Positions 1 to 13,898 of a stretch of DNA of 64,000 nt are shown here, piece after piece; within the stretch, counting starts at the first letter, position 1; the number at the start of each line of letters is the position of its first letter. The notes below the pieces were generated by a model. It worked only from the letters and a program-made list of their open reading frames with translations, was not told where the DNA came from and searched no databases. A program made the position numbers and the translations under genes. The stretch is taken from the NCBI GenBank assembly GCA_023515725.1, contig JALDTO010000235.1, forward strand, positions 584,597 to 648,596, given 5' to 3'. This DNA comes from Amoeboaphelidium protococcarum X5. Taxonomy: Eukaryota; Fungi; Aphelidiomycota.

Positions 1-17
1 CCCCCCCCCCCCCCCCC
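1..17. repeat. poly-C homopolymer at the window start
   Basis: 17 consecutive C. Confidence 0.9.
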
Positions 18-92
18 ATAACTATAGCCTTTTCACTGACTCGATCTGGTATCTTTATAGATTAGAAATTAATAAAGTCTTATTATTTTAAA

Positions 93-2348
93 ATGGCCGC
101 TAATTATTATAATTATGAAGAGGATGAGAGCGATATGTTTGGTGACGAGTTGTTGAGCGCAGCGTAGAATAAGGATACTGTTCTGTTCGTAATTGATGTG
201 ACACCATCAATGTGGCATAGAGAGGCGGATAGCGATAGTTTTCCAGTGGTGGAGGCTCTGAGAACTGCTCTAAATATGTACAAGACGAAAGCATTGACCA
301 GTCCTAAGGATGATGTTGGAATGTTGTTCTATGGAACTAATTAGATGCAAAATGTACACAACGCTGCTCATATCTTCTCTTATCATCAGTTGATGCCTGT
401 GGATGTTGATAGGATCAAGTAGCTGGAATCTCTTGTTCAAAAGATGGTAAATTGTTAAAGCGGAGGTAATGACGCGCATCAGATTTGGTAGAAAGAGTTT
501 GGTGCATCCGTTGGGTATGGCAGAGGAGAGAATTACGTTACTCTGGGCAATGTATTTGGCGAAGTGTCCTTTTAATTGCGAAATGTCTGGGATAAAGGCA
601 AGACTTCATATTCATCAAAGTCTATGAGGCCTGGTGTGAAGCGTGTCATCTGGCTCACTAATGTTGATAATCCTCACAGCGGGGATGAGGCTCTGATACG
701 GCCTGCTGTCAGGCGTGGTATTGATCTGTGCACTGTAGATGGAATCCGGTTTGAGTTACTGGGTATGGACATTGACGGAGATCATTTATTTGATTATTCC
801 AAGTTTTATAAAGCTATTCTATCATCAGCGTCTGAAGATGATGCAGTGGTGGACTCTTTTGCTTCTTATAAGAGCTATGTGGATCTATCGCTGCAGGTAC
901 GGAAGCGCAAATAGCCCAAGAGAAGTATTGCCTCTTTGGAGTTTAGCATTACTCCTACCACCAAGATTGGCGTCCGAGTTTATAGTATGATCATTGAGAC
1001 CAAAAAGAATGCTAGTGGATATATGAGGTCCGATAATCTATAGATTGCCAAGCCATAAACTAAATGGTTGCCGAGTTAATAATAGCAGACTTCGTAAGAG
1101 TAAACTTAAGAGTTAGCTGATAATGCACATGATAGATCCTAGGACCAAAGCAGCTAATAACCTGCTTATAAATTGGCATATTTTCAGACTTATGGGGGTG
1201 AGAAGCTTATATTCTCATAAGAACAAGTGTCAGCTATTAGAAATCCATTGTCTGATATGGATCTCACCGGGTTGACATTGTTGGGATTCAAACCTTTGTC
1301 TGCGCTCACATTGGATCTAAATTTGAAGCATTCGTACTTTATCTATCCTGAAGACAGAAATTATCGAGGTAGTAAAGAGCTATTCTCCGTAATGGCTGCA
1401 AGCATGCTCCAGTTGTAATAATATGCAATAGTTGCGTTTTAGTCAAGAGCACGATCTCATCCTAGACTTGGAGCTCTGATTAGTCAGGCGGAGATTGTGA
1501 ATGAGAATGGTATTTAAGACCGACCTGGTGGAATGCAATTGATTCCTCTTCCATTCGCTGATGATATTCGAGATTTGCCACAGCAGACACCAATTTAGGC
1601 TGACAATTAGCTCTTGAGTGCTATGAAGACGAAATTCCAGCAGATGATATCCATCATGAAGTTTGACCGTCTCGATCCACTAGAATTCCCAAATCCGTCC
1701 CTGTAGCGTCACAATGCAATAGTGGAAACGTTTGCACTGGATTATGACGAGCCTCCACCAATAGCGAATGATATCACACTAAGAAATTTCGATGATTTTG
1801 AAATTGTACGTCCCATCGCGTAAGAGTTGATGGATTTGGCTTCTAGCGCCGTTGCCGGTGGCGAGGATGAGGAGCATGCAAAGACTACTAAGAAGGGCAA
1901 GAGGAAGTAGGCATCATCAAGTAAACCAAAGGCATAGAAACGCAAGCCAAAGAATAAGGAACTGGATGAAGAGGGTGATTTGAACGTCAACTCTTATATT
2001 GCCAGTGATGAAGACTTGGAATTTGTAGTTCCTGATAATGATGATGTATAAACTGAAGGTGAATATGGACATCGGCCCAAAAAGTAACGCAAGACTTCAT
2101 CAAGAGCCAAGCCAAAGCATAAGATTGTGGACGACGATGCTGATGAAGAAGAGTTAGAGAATGTGCCTGGTGAAGATGAAGATGATGACAATGCATTAAT
2201 ATTGCAAGTCAAAGTTGCCAACGACAAGGATCAGTTGAATAAACTTACCGTTGCTGAGCTGAAAGACTTTTTGCATGCAGTCAAGTTAAAGCCTCATGGC
2301 AGAAAAGCTGATCTCATCGAGCAGGTAAAGTAGCATTTCGGCGACTGA
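93..2348 (+). CDS. KU70: Ku70 NHEJ DNA end-binding subunit
   Basis: One frame from ATG93 to TGA2348 with TAR=Gln. N-terminal KDTVLFVIDVTPSM (vWA), YGGEKLIFS, LTLLGFKPL, YFIYPED, LIPLPFADDIR, NPSLQRH and a C-terminal SAP domain (LTVAELKDFL...GRKADLIEQV). Confidence 0.95.
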
Positions 2349-2625
2349 TTTATTTGTGTATACTCTTTTGAATATGAGATATTAATCTTTTATATCATTC
2401 GGCGTACATTTACTCTCTTCCGTCTGACTACCAGTACTAGATTTGCTTAAACCCATTGGCATCATAACGCGACTCAGCCCGTCGCTCTCTCTCTCTCTTT
2501 GTTGAAACAGACGCGGCGACTGATAGAAACTTTAATTGAGCTTCCGTGCTTTGCAGCGCCCGTTGAAATTGCTCAAATTAAATTTCTCCACACTTATACA
2601 GTGAGAGATAGGTAGAATATTAATT

Positions 2626-3810
2626 ATGTCGCGTGATAAAAATGAGATTGAGAAGGAGGACGATGTCATTCTGCTGATAGATTAGAAAGCTAATGCTCTG
2701 GACAGAGATTCCACTCCTAAAAAGAACAAGACTGGATAGTAGAAGCACTCTGAGATGCTCATTTTATCTGTGGTTGCATTCTATTGGGCCGTCTCCTTAT
2801 CTGTAGTGTTCTTGAACAAGTACATCTTCTCGTCGTCAGAATACAAGTTTCCTTACCCGCTACTCGTCACTTGGTATTAGCTGATCGTTGCGTTGGTATT
2901 GCTCGTGGCCTGTGGTTACTTGGGATAGAGGTAGTTATCGCTTTATTAATGATTTTAGAGTAACTTTTTGACTTAATATATCATTGCCAACATGTAGAGG
3001 TGTCAAATCGCTGTCAGTTGTGCCGCCATATGAGTTTGATCTCACTCTGGCCAAGAAGATTTTGCCTCTCACCATTGTCTACGTGTTGATGTTGGCCCTC
3101 AACAACCTCTGTCTCAACTATGTTCACGTCACTTTCTATCAGGTAAGATTATTTAATTCCTTGTTTTACAATGAGATTTTATTTCCACATTCATTATAAT
3201 GTAGATTGCAAGATCGCTTACTATTTTATTTAATATTGGTCTCACGTACTTTATGCTCAAGCAGAGTATTTCTTATGCAGCGCTGGTGTCTTGTCTCGTT
3301 GTGTTTCTCGGGTTTCTGCTCGGCTCGGTGGGCGAAATCAATTTCTCTTGGCTGGGCCTGATCTTTGGTGTTGGGAGTAGCTTCTTCGTGGCTCTGTACG
3401 GAATCTATGTTAAGAAGACTCTCAACTTTGTAGATAATGACTAGTGGAGACTATTGCACTACAACACCACTAATGCTATCGTGGTTCTATTCCCAATCAT
3501 TGTGCTATCTGGCGAGTTGTCTGAAGTGATGTCGAGCGTCAATTTTCTGAATGAGTTCATGTTTTGGTTCGTAATGACAATCACTGGCGTCACTGGTTTC
3601 CTGATCAATATCGCCGTGTTTCTGCAGATAAAAGTCACCACACCTCTAACTAACACCATTTCCGGTACTGCTAAGGCTTGCGTTCAGACTCTGCTCGCGT
3701 GGGCCATCTGGTAGAATGAAATCACGGCAACGAACGCGTTTGGCATTTTCCTCTCCCTATTCGGCTCTGGTTTGTATTCTTACGTCAGGTACAAGGAGAT
3801 GAAAAAGTGA
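2626..3810 (+). CDS. GDP-fucose transporter (SLC35C1-like nucleotide-sugar transporter)
   Basis: VAFYWAVSLSVVFLNKY, NNLCLNYVHVTFYQIARSLT, LQIKVTTPLTNTISGTAKACVQT. Introns about 2931-2997 and 3143-3204. Confidence 0.88.
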
Positions 3811-4156
3811 ATCCTTTTGATTTATACTCTGTGAAGTGTAAAAGTAATCAAGATGGCATTTAATTTAACAAATTTTAGTTTTTTCTTTTCAGCCATTTTA
3901 CATTTAATTTCAAAGCATCAGTGATGTACCGTAGTAATCCTCGCGTCTTGTGATGAAACGGGGGCGTAAGATGTCGTCACTTGGCTGAAACACTTTGCGT
4001 TCCCACCGCGCTGTCTGCGCCGAGCCAGTTTCTCTCTCTCACTTTCAATCTCGTTGATTCAACAAAAGCAAGTTTCTTACTGTACTGTGCTGTCTGTGTA
4101 TAGATAAATAGATAATTATCTCTTTATATACGTACCTGGTTGATAGTTAATTAGAG

Positions 4157-5886
4157 ATGAGCTCTCCAGATTAGACCAAGTAGATTCTGGATGCTATTGT
4201 TTCAATGCAATAGTAGCAGCTTAAACTTGTCGACAAGGTAATGCATTCTCTCTGTCATTGATACGTCAACTTTTAAACCTGTACTTTTATCTAAATAATG
4301 TTAAAATTGTGTAGGTGGATAGATTGGATAAGGATTTTGCCAAGTAGCTTCTGCATATGACGAATAAGATTGAAGAGCTGGCGGTTGCCGGAGTAGCTGA
4401 AGTAAAGAAGGAGAAGTATAAAGTGTTTGCGTACGATGGTCATTCTTCTACTCCTGCCAATGTGGATAGTGATGATGAAGATCAGGTTGAATAGGATCGT
4501 GCACGGGCTCAGTCCACGCTTTCCGTAAGATCTTCTGCCGCAGAGTCCACCGCTTCTTCAAGTGTTGCTGGAGCGTCCAATGTCAAGTCACCGGGAAGTA
4601 AGAAGAATTTAAATGCTTTAATGTACAACCATCGTATTATCTTGACCACTTATCCTGGCCAGCTGGGCATGAATCCATTGCCTTTACAATGGGGGAATAT
4701 TGATCCAAAGATTCGTGGACCTGTTCTCTGTAGCAGAACTCCGCAGTCTTTAAAGTACAGAAACGCTATTGGTGCATTGGGCGGAAGTTACTCTATTTAT
4801 CGTGCTTTGGCCATTGCTATTGGAGAATTGAGTCCTAACCATAAGCCAGACTTTCACAACACTCTTCCCTTCATCGATATTGGCCCGTATCCGTCTTGGG
4901 GTGTCCCGGATAAGATTGTCGCTCTGGACCCTTTTGGACATATTGTGGTCAAGGTGTATGCAGATCATTTAAAGCAAGGTATAGATATTAGACCGACTAT
5001 AGCTATTACCAAGGCTCACATGAAGGTGCCTGAGATTGAGCAGTCTGTCAAGAATGGAACACTTAAAGTTGATGGGACTATTGTGTTGCCAAACGGTGAA
5101 TTGAATGTCACTAAGGGCGCTGTGGAGCCGGTTTGGTACCTGCCTGGTGTTGCCTCTCGCTTTGGTGTAGATGAGACTGTGCTGAGAAGGTGTTTGTTTG
5201 AAGATACCGGTGGAATGTATCCAGAGCTGATCACCCGGCCAGATTTGAAAGTGTTCTTACCTCCTATAGGTGGTCTTTCCATCTATTGCTTCGGTCCTCT
5301 GTAATACCTGTCTGATCCAACCAAGAAGTTGTCTGTAAGAGTTCATGACGAATGCAATGGATCGGATGTGTTTGGCTCTGATATTTGTACATGCCGCCCG
5401 TATTTGATGTTTGGTATTGAAGAGTGTGTAAAGACGGCACAGGAGGGAGGAGTTGGTCTTATTGTCTATTTCAGAAAGGAGGGCCGTGCATTGGGTGAAG
5501 TTACCAAGTATTTGGTGTATAATGCGCGAAAAAGAGCTGAGGAGGGTGATACTGCGAGTTCATACTTTAAGAGGACTGAGTTTATTGCTGGTGTTTAGGA
5601 TATGCGTTTCCAGGCTCTGATGCCTGATGTTTTGCACTGGCTGGGTATTACGAAGATTGATCGTTTCCTGAGTATGTCTCATCACAAGTACGATGCTCTC
5701 GTAAAATCTGGAATCGAAGTCCGTGAACGTGTGGAGATTCCAGAGTCGATGATCCCAGAAGATTCCAAGGTTGAGATTGAGGCCAAGATTGCCAGCGGCT
5801 ACAAGAGTTCTAAAGTTGTAACTGCCGAAAATCTACTCAACACTAAAGGGCGTGACTATGCTGATTTTTGCACGAATATTGGTTGA
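4157..5886 (+). CDS. URC1: URC1/Urg1 GTP cyclohydrolase II-like protein (uracil catabolism)
   Basis: RIILTTYPGQ, RNAIGALGGSYSIYRALA, VRVHDECNGSDVFGSDICTCRPYL, RKEGRALGEVTKYLVYNARKR, DMRFQALMPDVLHWLGI. Intron 4238-4314. Confidence 0.93.
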
Positions 5887-6064
5887 TTTTATATTTGATT
5901 TCCTTACTGAAATAACTTTGCTTATGTTATTTATTTTGTATTGATTCGACTTGCTCTTGCTTTCTTTATAGAATGAGAACAAAGTTCGATGATATGCGAT
6001 TTTAAAGATCACAACATCAGAGAAAATGAAAGAATAAATATTATCATTATCTTCATCATTAGTA

Positions 6065-8542
6065 TCATTAAAGAGACAATTCATCCGGTTAGTCTTTTGG
6101 TAGAGGCACGTTCCAGCAACCGTTCTAACAGGCTTACTTCACCCAGATTGCATCATCATCATACCTGCCACGACGAGATTGATCAATACCCACCTGGATA
6201 AAGTCCGTATACTATTGCACTGATCGAGGGTGCTTTCGGGGAAATTCATGAGGATCCGGAGTGAGCTAATCAATAAATAGCGGCGGTATATTATGGAAAG
6301 ACCCTGTGACTTTTAACTTTTAATACCGGTAAACAGTGGCAATACTATGGGGAATCATTCCATGCGTAGATTTCGTAATAGAGGGCAAAAGTGTCAGAGG
6401 ATTCATCGTGGTGGCATTTATATGCACTTCAAAATCTCTAGTGACAACTGCGCCAGTGAACAACTTAAATCTTGTCTCATACGGATCATGTGGATACACT
6501 GATGCATTAACATACCTCAACAGCTACATACCAGCAATGGAGGACACTTTCAAGTCTCCGAGACCGAGCTGATATAGCAACTTTCTCTGTCCCAAACCGG
6601 CTGGCAGATCGTTTACAATTTCACCTGAAGAACTCAAGAAGCCACCAGAGGCAATAATGTCAGCATAACCAGATGGTCCAGCCAAATCATACAACTACGA
6701 TAAAAGAAAGTAGAACACTGAGCGATCAGCCATCTTCTGGAAATGCAATGGCAATCCTTTACTTAGAATCTAAGAACCAGCAGCATTTCTGGGAAACAGC
6801 ATACTGAATGGGCTACCAGGAACACCGAGAACACCCCATTTCAAGTCTGCGGACAAGGACATTAAAAGTGTGCCCATAATTCCACCAAGACTGTTACCAT
6901 TATAAAAAATTGACGTTGGCTTATTAAGCGCATCCAGATGGATAACGCTCTAATTATTGTGCATAAAAGCATCACTACTGCTGATATTAGATTACTTGAA
7001 AAGTCGGGTGAGCATAAGCTAATTCAGAACACCTTGACTAATTCTGTCAGGTATAGCGTCCAGCTTGCCAAGATTACCCAGAAATAAGTGAACAAATGTA
7101 ACCAAGTCCTGCTTCTACATTCCCCACCAGTCGGTGGCAATCAGTACATAGTTCTACTCATTAGCGATTCTCTGCAAATACATCTACTAGATCTCATATC
7201 TATCAGCAAATAGACCATGACCATAGTGCATTATAGTAGCATTACCCGGATTGCGAATAGACGATTTCGGAATGAGAGCAACAAAATCCACATCTACATA
7301 AGAATTACTTATCGGACGAAGTTGACCAGCGTACGTCTAAGCTGATTCATTTCTTCGCAGAGTTCCAAATATAGAAGGAATCGCAGTTGTGAGATAGAGC
7401 GGTACTTTAAATGTCCCCTCAACGCGCCTATGCATGTACCTAGAAAAATTGTCCTAAACTTTCTTGATTTGATAATCAAACTGGACATCATTCTCAATTT
7501 TATCATATCCATCATCTCGCATGTGCCTCAGGTGTTCAGTTGTGGATAGGAGAGAGCTAGTGGTAAAGTCCCAGGCAATATACAAATCGCTGACGTTCTT
7601 AACGTGTCCAAATCGCACTAGACTTTGCAGCAGCTGCGTAGATTCAAAATGCAGCTTCCTCTATTACAAAGCACTGTTATCAGTCGGCAGATCATCTCTT
7701 ACCACACGGAAACCATCAGGCGCATCGAGAAATTGCAAATTCTCAGCATCAGCCTTGACGAGCTTCTTGATCACCACAATGTAGCGATGTCCTCGCTTCA
7801 ACAACTTGGCCGGCCACATCAAAAGAGTCTGCACCTGATCTTTATTCCCAAAGTTCTTCAGCTCTGACTCTTGCTAGAACGGTGTTAATCGCTCCGCGTC
7901 GTGAAACTTCATATCAGCAAACTTCAACACTTCAGTCACCTCTTCGTCATAGCCAGATACTAAAGATTCGTCTTATCCATTCTTAGACTGGGGGCTAGTG
8001 GAATAATCTTCCTCGATCCAGTGTGGAATTCTCTCGCCAGTCTCAGCATCGATCAACAGCGTCGGTGATTCATCCTCCATACTTCGCATAATATTCATGT
8101 GACTAGCGAAAGCATACTCTGGATATCGAGGCACAACTTTCTAATTCCCCTTCACCGCTTTCAAGCCGGCATACTCAAAGCTCACCTTCTACTTGTTGTT
8201 AAATCCACTGAGCATTATGAATGAACTGGATGACCAACCATCGCGGCGGTTCCAAGCTGTCGGATCAACTCGACCCCAGAAAGGAACTCTATCACTGGGC
8301 ATTTAATTCTGCTACAAATTCACAATATAGCCAGACGGTGTGTCATTGCTCTTCTTCAGATAGAAGTCATTAGGCATATTATACAGACAGCCATCGTCAT
8401 TGTCCAGTTGGTCAAATGAGCGATTAATAGGATCACATTGAGAAGATTCGGCGAACGACCCATCGAATGCATCCTGAAGGATGATCTATTTAGCCACTGC
8501 AAGCGATATCAGCACAGGCAATAAATAGATGATTGACAACAT
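6065..8542 (-). CDS. Secreted bacterial-type alpha/beta hydrolase (putative lipase/esterase), about 825 aa
   Basis: Intronless frame with signal peptide MLSIIYLLPVLISLAVA, CLYNMPNDFYL...TPSG, HYGHGLF, ATDWWGM, nucleophile elbow GNSLGG, GVLGVPG and C-terminal DPHEFPR. Confidence 0.8.
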
Positions 8543-8979
8543 CGTATCCCAAATAGCGCAATATTTCCGGCAATAACTTTAACGCTGTGGGAAAGAGAAA
8601 GGAGCGTCTGTTTGATATTTGTACTGAAGAGAAATATAATAAGCATAAGCTTTAATGATGACACGGCGAAAAGTGTAGATTCAGTCATCGATGATGATTA
8701 CTGAAATTTTTGTGTGGATCTGATCGCTCCTGATGACACTTGCTTGATTGGGGCGCTCAGTGATTTTCAGCAATGCGCCAAGTCGATCGTGTTTCTCACT
8801 CCAATTTCTGTAAGCAGATTTCAACTCCTACCATTAAGTAATTCAAGGACTGTATATAAATTTCTTGATTAGGTTCTAACTAAGTAGAAACATTATCATG
8901 CAAATATAAACCATATAAATTAAAGAGTCAAAATACATTAAATGCAACTATTATAAAATTCAAATCGCTTCTGATGGTT

Positions 8980-9868
<889 letters not shown>

Positions 9869-10111
9869 AATTACTCTTCTGACTATATTTCTTTAAGTAA
9901 GTTTACTATAGTAAATTGTCAGTATACGGTACTATCTTTTTATCCTAATAACTTTTTAAACGAAATTTAAGGGCGAGAGAAACGTGTGGGAACGGCGGCC
10001 AGTTGAACTTTTTATTCTTCCTGACTTTCTTTGTAAAGTGTCTCTCAATTACAATCCACTGTCTATTAAAGCATAAAGTCTTTACTATCAGCTTTTATAA
10101 TATTCCAAAGG

Positions 10112-10534
10112 ATGAGCAGTGGGGATAACAATAATATGGATGTGGATCAGGATTCGCAATAGCTGTCTGCAGTATAGTCATCATCTAATTAAGCATTGGC
10201 AAAGGCGGCGGGTGCACATTCTCACTCTCAATCTGCAGCTGCTGATCAAACTCCAGCTGGCAAGAACAGATTTGAAGTGAAAAAGTGGAATGCTGTTGCG
10301 CTATGGTCATGGGATATTCAAGTAGATAATTGCGCCATTTGTAGAAATCATATCATGGATCTATGTATTGAGTGTCAGGCTAATCAGGGCAGTGCCACTA
10401 GCGAGGAATGTACTCTGGTCTGGGGTGCCTGCAATCACGGTTTCCACTTTCACTGCATCTCGAGATGGCTCAAGACTCGCCAGGTGTGTCCTCTGGATAA
10501 TCGCGAATGGGAATTTGCTCGTTACGGAAAATGA
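10112..10534 (+). CDS. RBX1: RING-box protein 1 (SCF/CRL subunit)
   Basis: [40 protein letters not shown]...[10 protein letters not shown]. Confidence 0.97.
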
Positions 10535-10749
10535 AATTATTAACATTGTTATACTGTTGTATATATATATTAAAGGGAGATTTTAATTGTGATTTTTATT
10601 ATTGCACGTTGAATAGTTGTTTTTTGGAGATCGATTGTTGTTTCACTCTGATTCCAGAGAAATCGCAAATGACGTCAACTGTGATCTTCATCACTCTTCC
10701 CTTCTTTCCATTAAAGCATTTGTTTAATCTAAGACTATAGTAACATTGA

Positions 10750-11939
10750 ATGACACCAGAGTAGAAATAGGCTATTTAGTATTATAAAGAAGCCACTCAG
10801 TTGGAGAGAAATGGTAAACTGACGGAAGGTAAGTATGATTTTTAAATCTTAATTGCCTAATAGCTTATGAGTGATTTCATCTTGTAGCTTTGATTTTGTA
10901 TCGGAAGGCTTACAAGCTGGATGAATTTGTGGAAGATTTGATACATAGCGAGTAAAAGTCTGCTGGTAAAAGCAGTCAAGTTAATAAAAATAGTGATAAT
11001 TAGTAGATTAGTAAGAAGAGTGATAAATAACTGTCTGATCTTGATATTGAGTAGCTGTTGAATGATTTGCATAACCTCAAAATTGACAATGTGATAGTCA
11101 AGGCTAGTAATTACCGGTACAATACACATATATCTCAACTTCCTGCAGAGATTTTTACCAGTTTTATATTGCCTTAAGTAGCGTAAATGGATGCTCCATC
11201 TGTGGAGAGATTTGGTCAAGTTTGTCGACAGTTTTACAAATACACGCGAGATGATAATCTGTGGAAGTAGGTGTGTCGCTATTATCATAGAATAAGCTCT
11301 TCACAATCATCAGCTATGGCATCTCCATTACCAAATGATTAATTGTACCGGGATTTGTTTCTCAGCACTCCAAGGCTCAGGTACGATGGGGTGTATATAT
11401 CAAGATGTACGTACGCACGGCAAGGATTGAGTGAGCATACATTCTCTTAGCCATATCATCTGGTTGTGTACTATCGTTTCCTCAGATTCTATCCCGATGG
11501 TAGTGTTATTAGTCTTTTATCCAATCGGGAGCCGTAAGAAGTCATCAGTATGATTAATTAAGACGAGTATTTTTCACAGTAGAAAACTCGCAGTAAGTAG
11601 AAGGTTGACACGGTGGTGGGTGCTAAAGAGTCTGGCGAAGATCGATTGATGAGGGGAATGCATTTCCTTGATAATGATTAAAACACCGCCAACAAGAATA
11701 GTAAGAGCAGCAAAGGCTATGCGGTGAAAATTTCGTTGGAAGATCCAGCTCATCGAAAAGACTCTGTGTTCCATATGGTCTTAAATCTCTCTTATACTCA
11801 TCGTGGAGCATGGAACAAACTTGGCTGGTCCGAGTATTATAGCGTTAAAGGCAGCACATCCACTGAGTATTCTCTGCATTAGTTTAAACCATATTATTTC
11901 TCTCGGGTAAAGAGCATTGTCAGAGATATAAAAATGTGA
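10750..11939 (+). CDS. F-box protein FBXO9/Hrt3/Pof7 family
   Basis: N-terminal [14 protein letters not shown]-box [53 protein letters not shown]. One intron about 10829-10887. Confidence 0.88.
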
Positions 11940-11987
11940 GAATGTTACGTGTTTGTATTGAATACAATTAGATTACACCTGAATAGT

Positions 11988-13513
11988 TCACTTTTTGTGT
12001 TTGTATCCATCTGGTCCGCAGTCTAACTTGTTCTCTGCCACCAGCTTGTCTAAATGCAACTTTAGCTATTATGCAGTCCGGTCGTACTTGTGAGGAGTAG
12101 TGACAAACATTGATAGCATCATTTGCATCTTATCCACATTCATACATCCCAAATTGGTCAGCATTCCCATAATATAAGAATCAAACTATTGCATTTCATC
12201 AGAATCAGCCAATTTTTAAGACTAGCCATTCTAATCTCTAAATGTCTAATTGCCATCATCGTCGCTATCGTCACTGTCTGATGTATGGTCTTCTGGTGCT
12301 GCATAATTATTGACAAGATTATATATATTCAAACTCTGGTCAAACTATATCAAACTCTGCGTCTACCAATATTTTAATGTAGATCGGAGTGAATCTTTTG
12401 AGCACTTTAAACTATCCATCAACTCATCTTCAGTCCAACTTTCTACATTACTCAATTAGATAAAACAAAAGTTAACATTTATGAGTATATTAATGGAGTT
12501 AGATTCGTACCTTGGGAAACAAATGAATAAATGACAGCAGCTTGTAGGGGAGTAACTGTTTTCTAGACGCGAATGCCATCAATGTCAATATCAATGTCCA
12601 GAGTGTCATGGGAGAGAGTAAATTCCACTTTCCGCATATTCTTCAACTTTTAATAGTGAGACTTGAACTATTCCAGAATTGAAAGCATACTACTTGGTAT
12701 TTGAAACGTAGCATCATCTGACTAAGTATCAGAAGGCCAGTACATATGTGATTGCAAAAGAACTCTCAACTGACACTCGGATTCAGGCGATTATTGATTC
12801 AATATACTCTAAAAGATACGCCTTGAATCTCCAACATCACGCAGCATAATCTCACATGTGGTCAGTGCAGACTCTCCAAAGCGCAACTTTAACATTTCAA
12901 CAATGGACAATTGGGAGTCCACTTCATAATTATTATGAGGTGAAAGAATCAACTGATCACCCAAAAATTTCTCAATCTCCTTCAAGAACACATCAGTGGA
13001 TGGGTAAATGTTAATCAGAGAGTTGAACACATCACTAGCATTCTTGATGGGCTTAAACTTGGCATGTCGCGGCTATGGCTGCCACTCAGGATCAGTGTAA
13101 TCTACTTCCAACTCCAACTCAGCTTCCAACTATACCAGATGATCTCGCCTCAGATCATTCGCCAACTACTCGTCATCACTGTCAAAGATCATGCGGATAA
13201 TCTCGGATACAGTATCCGGTCTTCGACTCAAGTATCGCCTGATAGGTTTACTGACTTGAGCCAGAATAACACCAGTCGGATCTAGTAGGAGCAAAGATTT
13301 AATTGCATTTATATACTGCTCAATCACAGTTGCAGTGGGAACGGACACATGCAGGAGACGGTTATATATTTCTACACTCAGTGATCGTATCAAAGCTACT
13401 TGTAATTCCTCATTGTCGATTGTTGGTCGCAACTCTTCCAACTCTTACGCACTGTCAGGAAAGTCTTGAATATAATTAAACAGACACTCTCCACTAATAT
13501 CAGAGATTGTCAT
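11988..13513 (-). CDS. APC2: Anaphase-promoting complex subunit 2 (cullin-like), N-terminally short
   Basis: LFNYIQDFPDS, RLLH...YINAIKSLLLLDPTGVIL, LKLRFGESALTTCEIMLRDVGDSRRI and a C-terminal WHB (YIMGMLTNLG). Intron about 12445-12511. Confidence 0.9.
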
Positions 13514-13898
13514 GACTAGATATATATGCTGTACAGTCGAGATCACGCGCTAAACACAGATTAACGAAGATATAGGGAAGGACAGACAGAAACTGAAACA
13601 AAAGGAAAGAGACGAAACGGCCTTACCGCTGCGTCCCACATAAGAAGAGACTTGAAAGAGAGATAGACTGAGAGAGATAGAAAGCGACCTGTGAGTTTCC
13701 TTTACCACTGACGCGTAACAGGTCGGACAAGAAAAGGCTCTTGTTTCAACCTTCTGAAACCAAATTGTGTTATTTCCTTCTTCCTCTTCTTTGACTTCCT
13801 TAGTTGCTTGAACAATAGCTGTGGCAGTCTATCATATTTTATTATATATCTTTTTGAGGTGCGTTTTTGGTCGTGTACTGTATATAAACGAGAGCATA

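Noticed and set aside
1-17. Poly-C as a telomere or regulatory element
   Set aside because: It is a pure homopolymer at the sequence edge with no telomeric repeat unit, so it is more likely an assembly or sequencing artefact.
8650-8725. Possible C/D-box snoRNA (two ATGATGA plus CTGA)
   Set aside because: No rRNA-complementary guide or convincing terminal stem could be identified by eye. It would need snoscan or Infernal.
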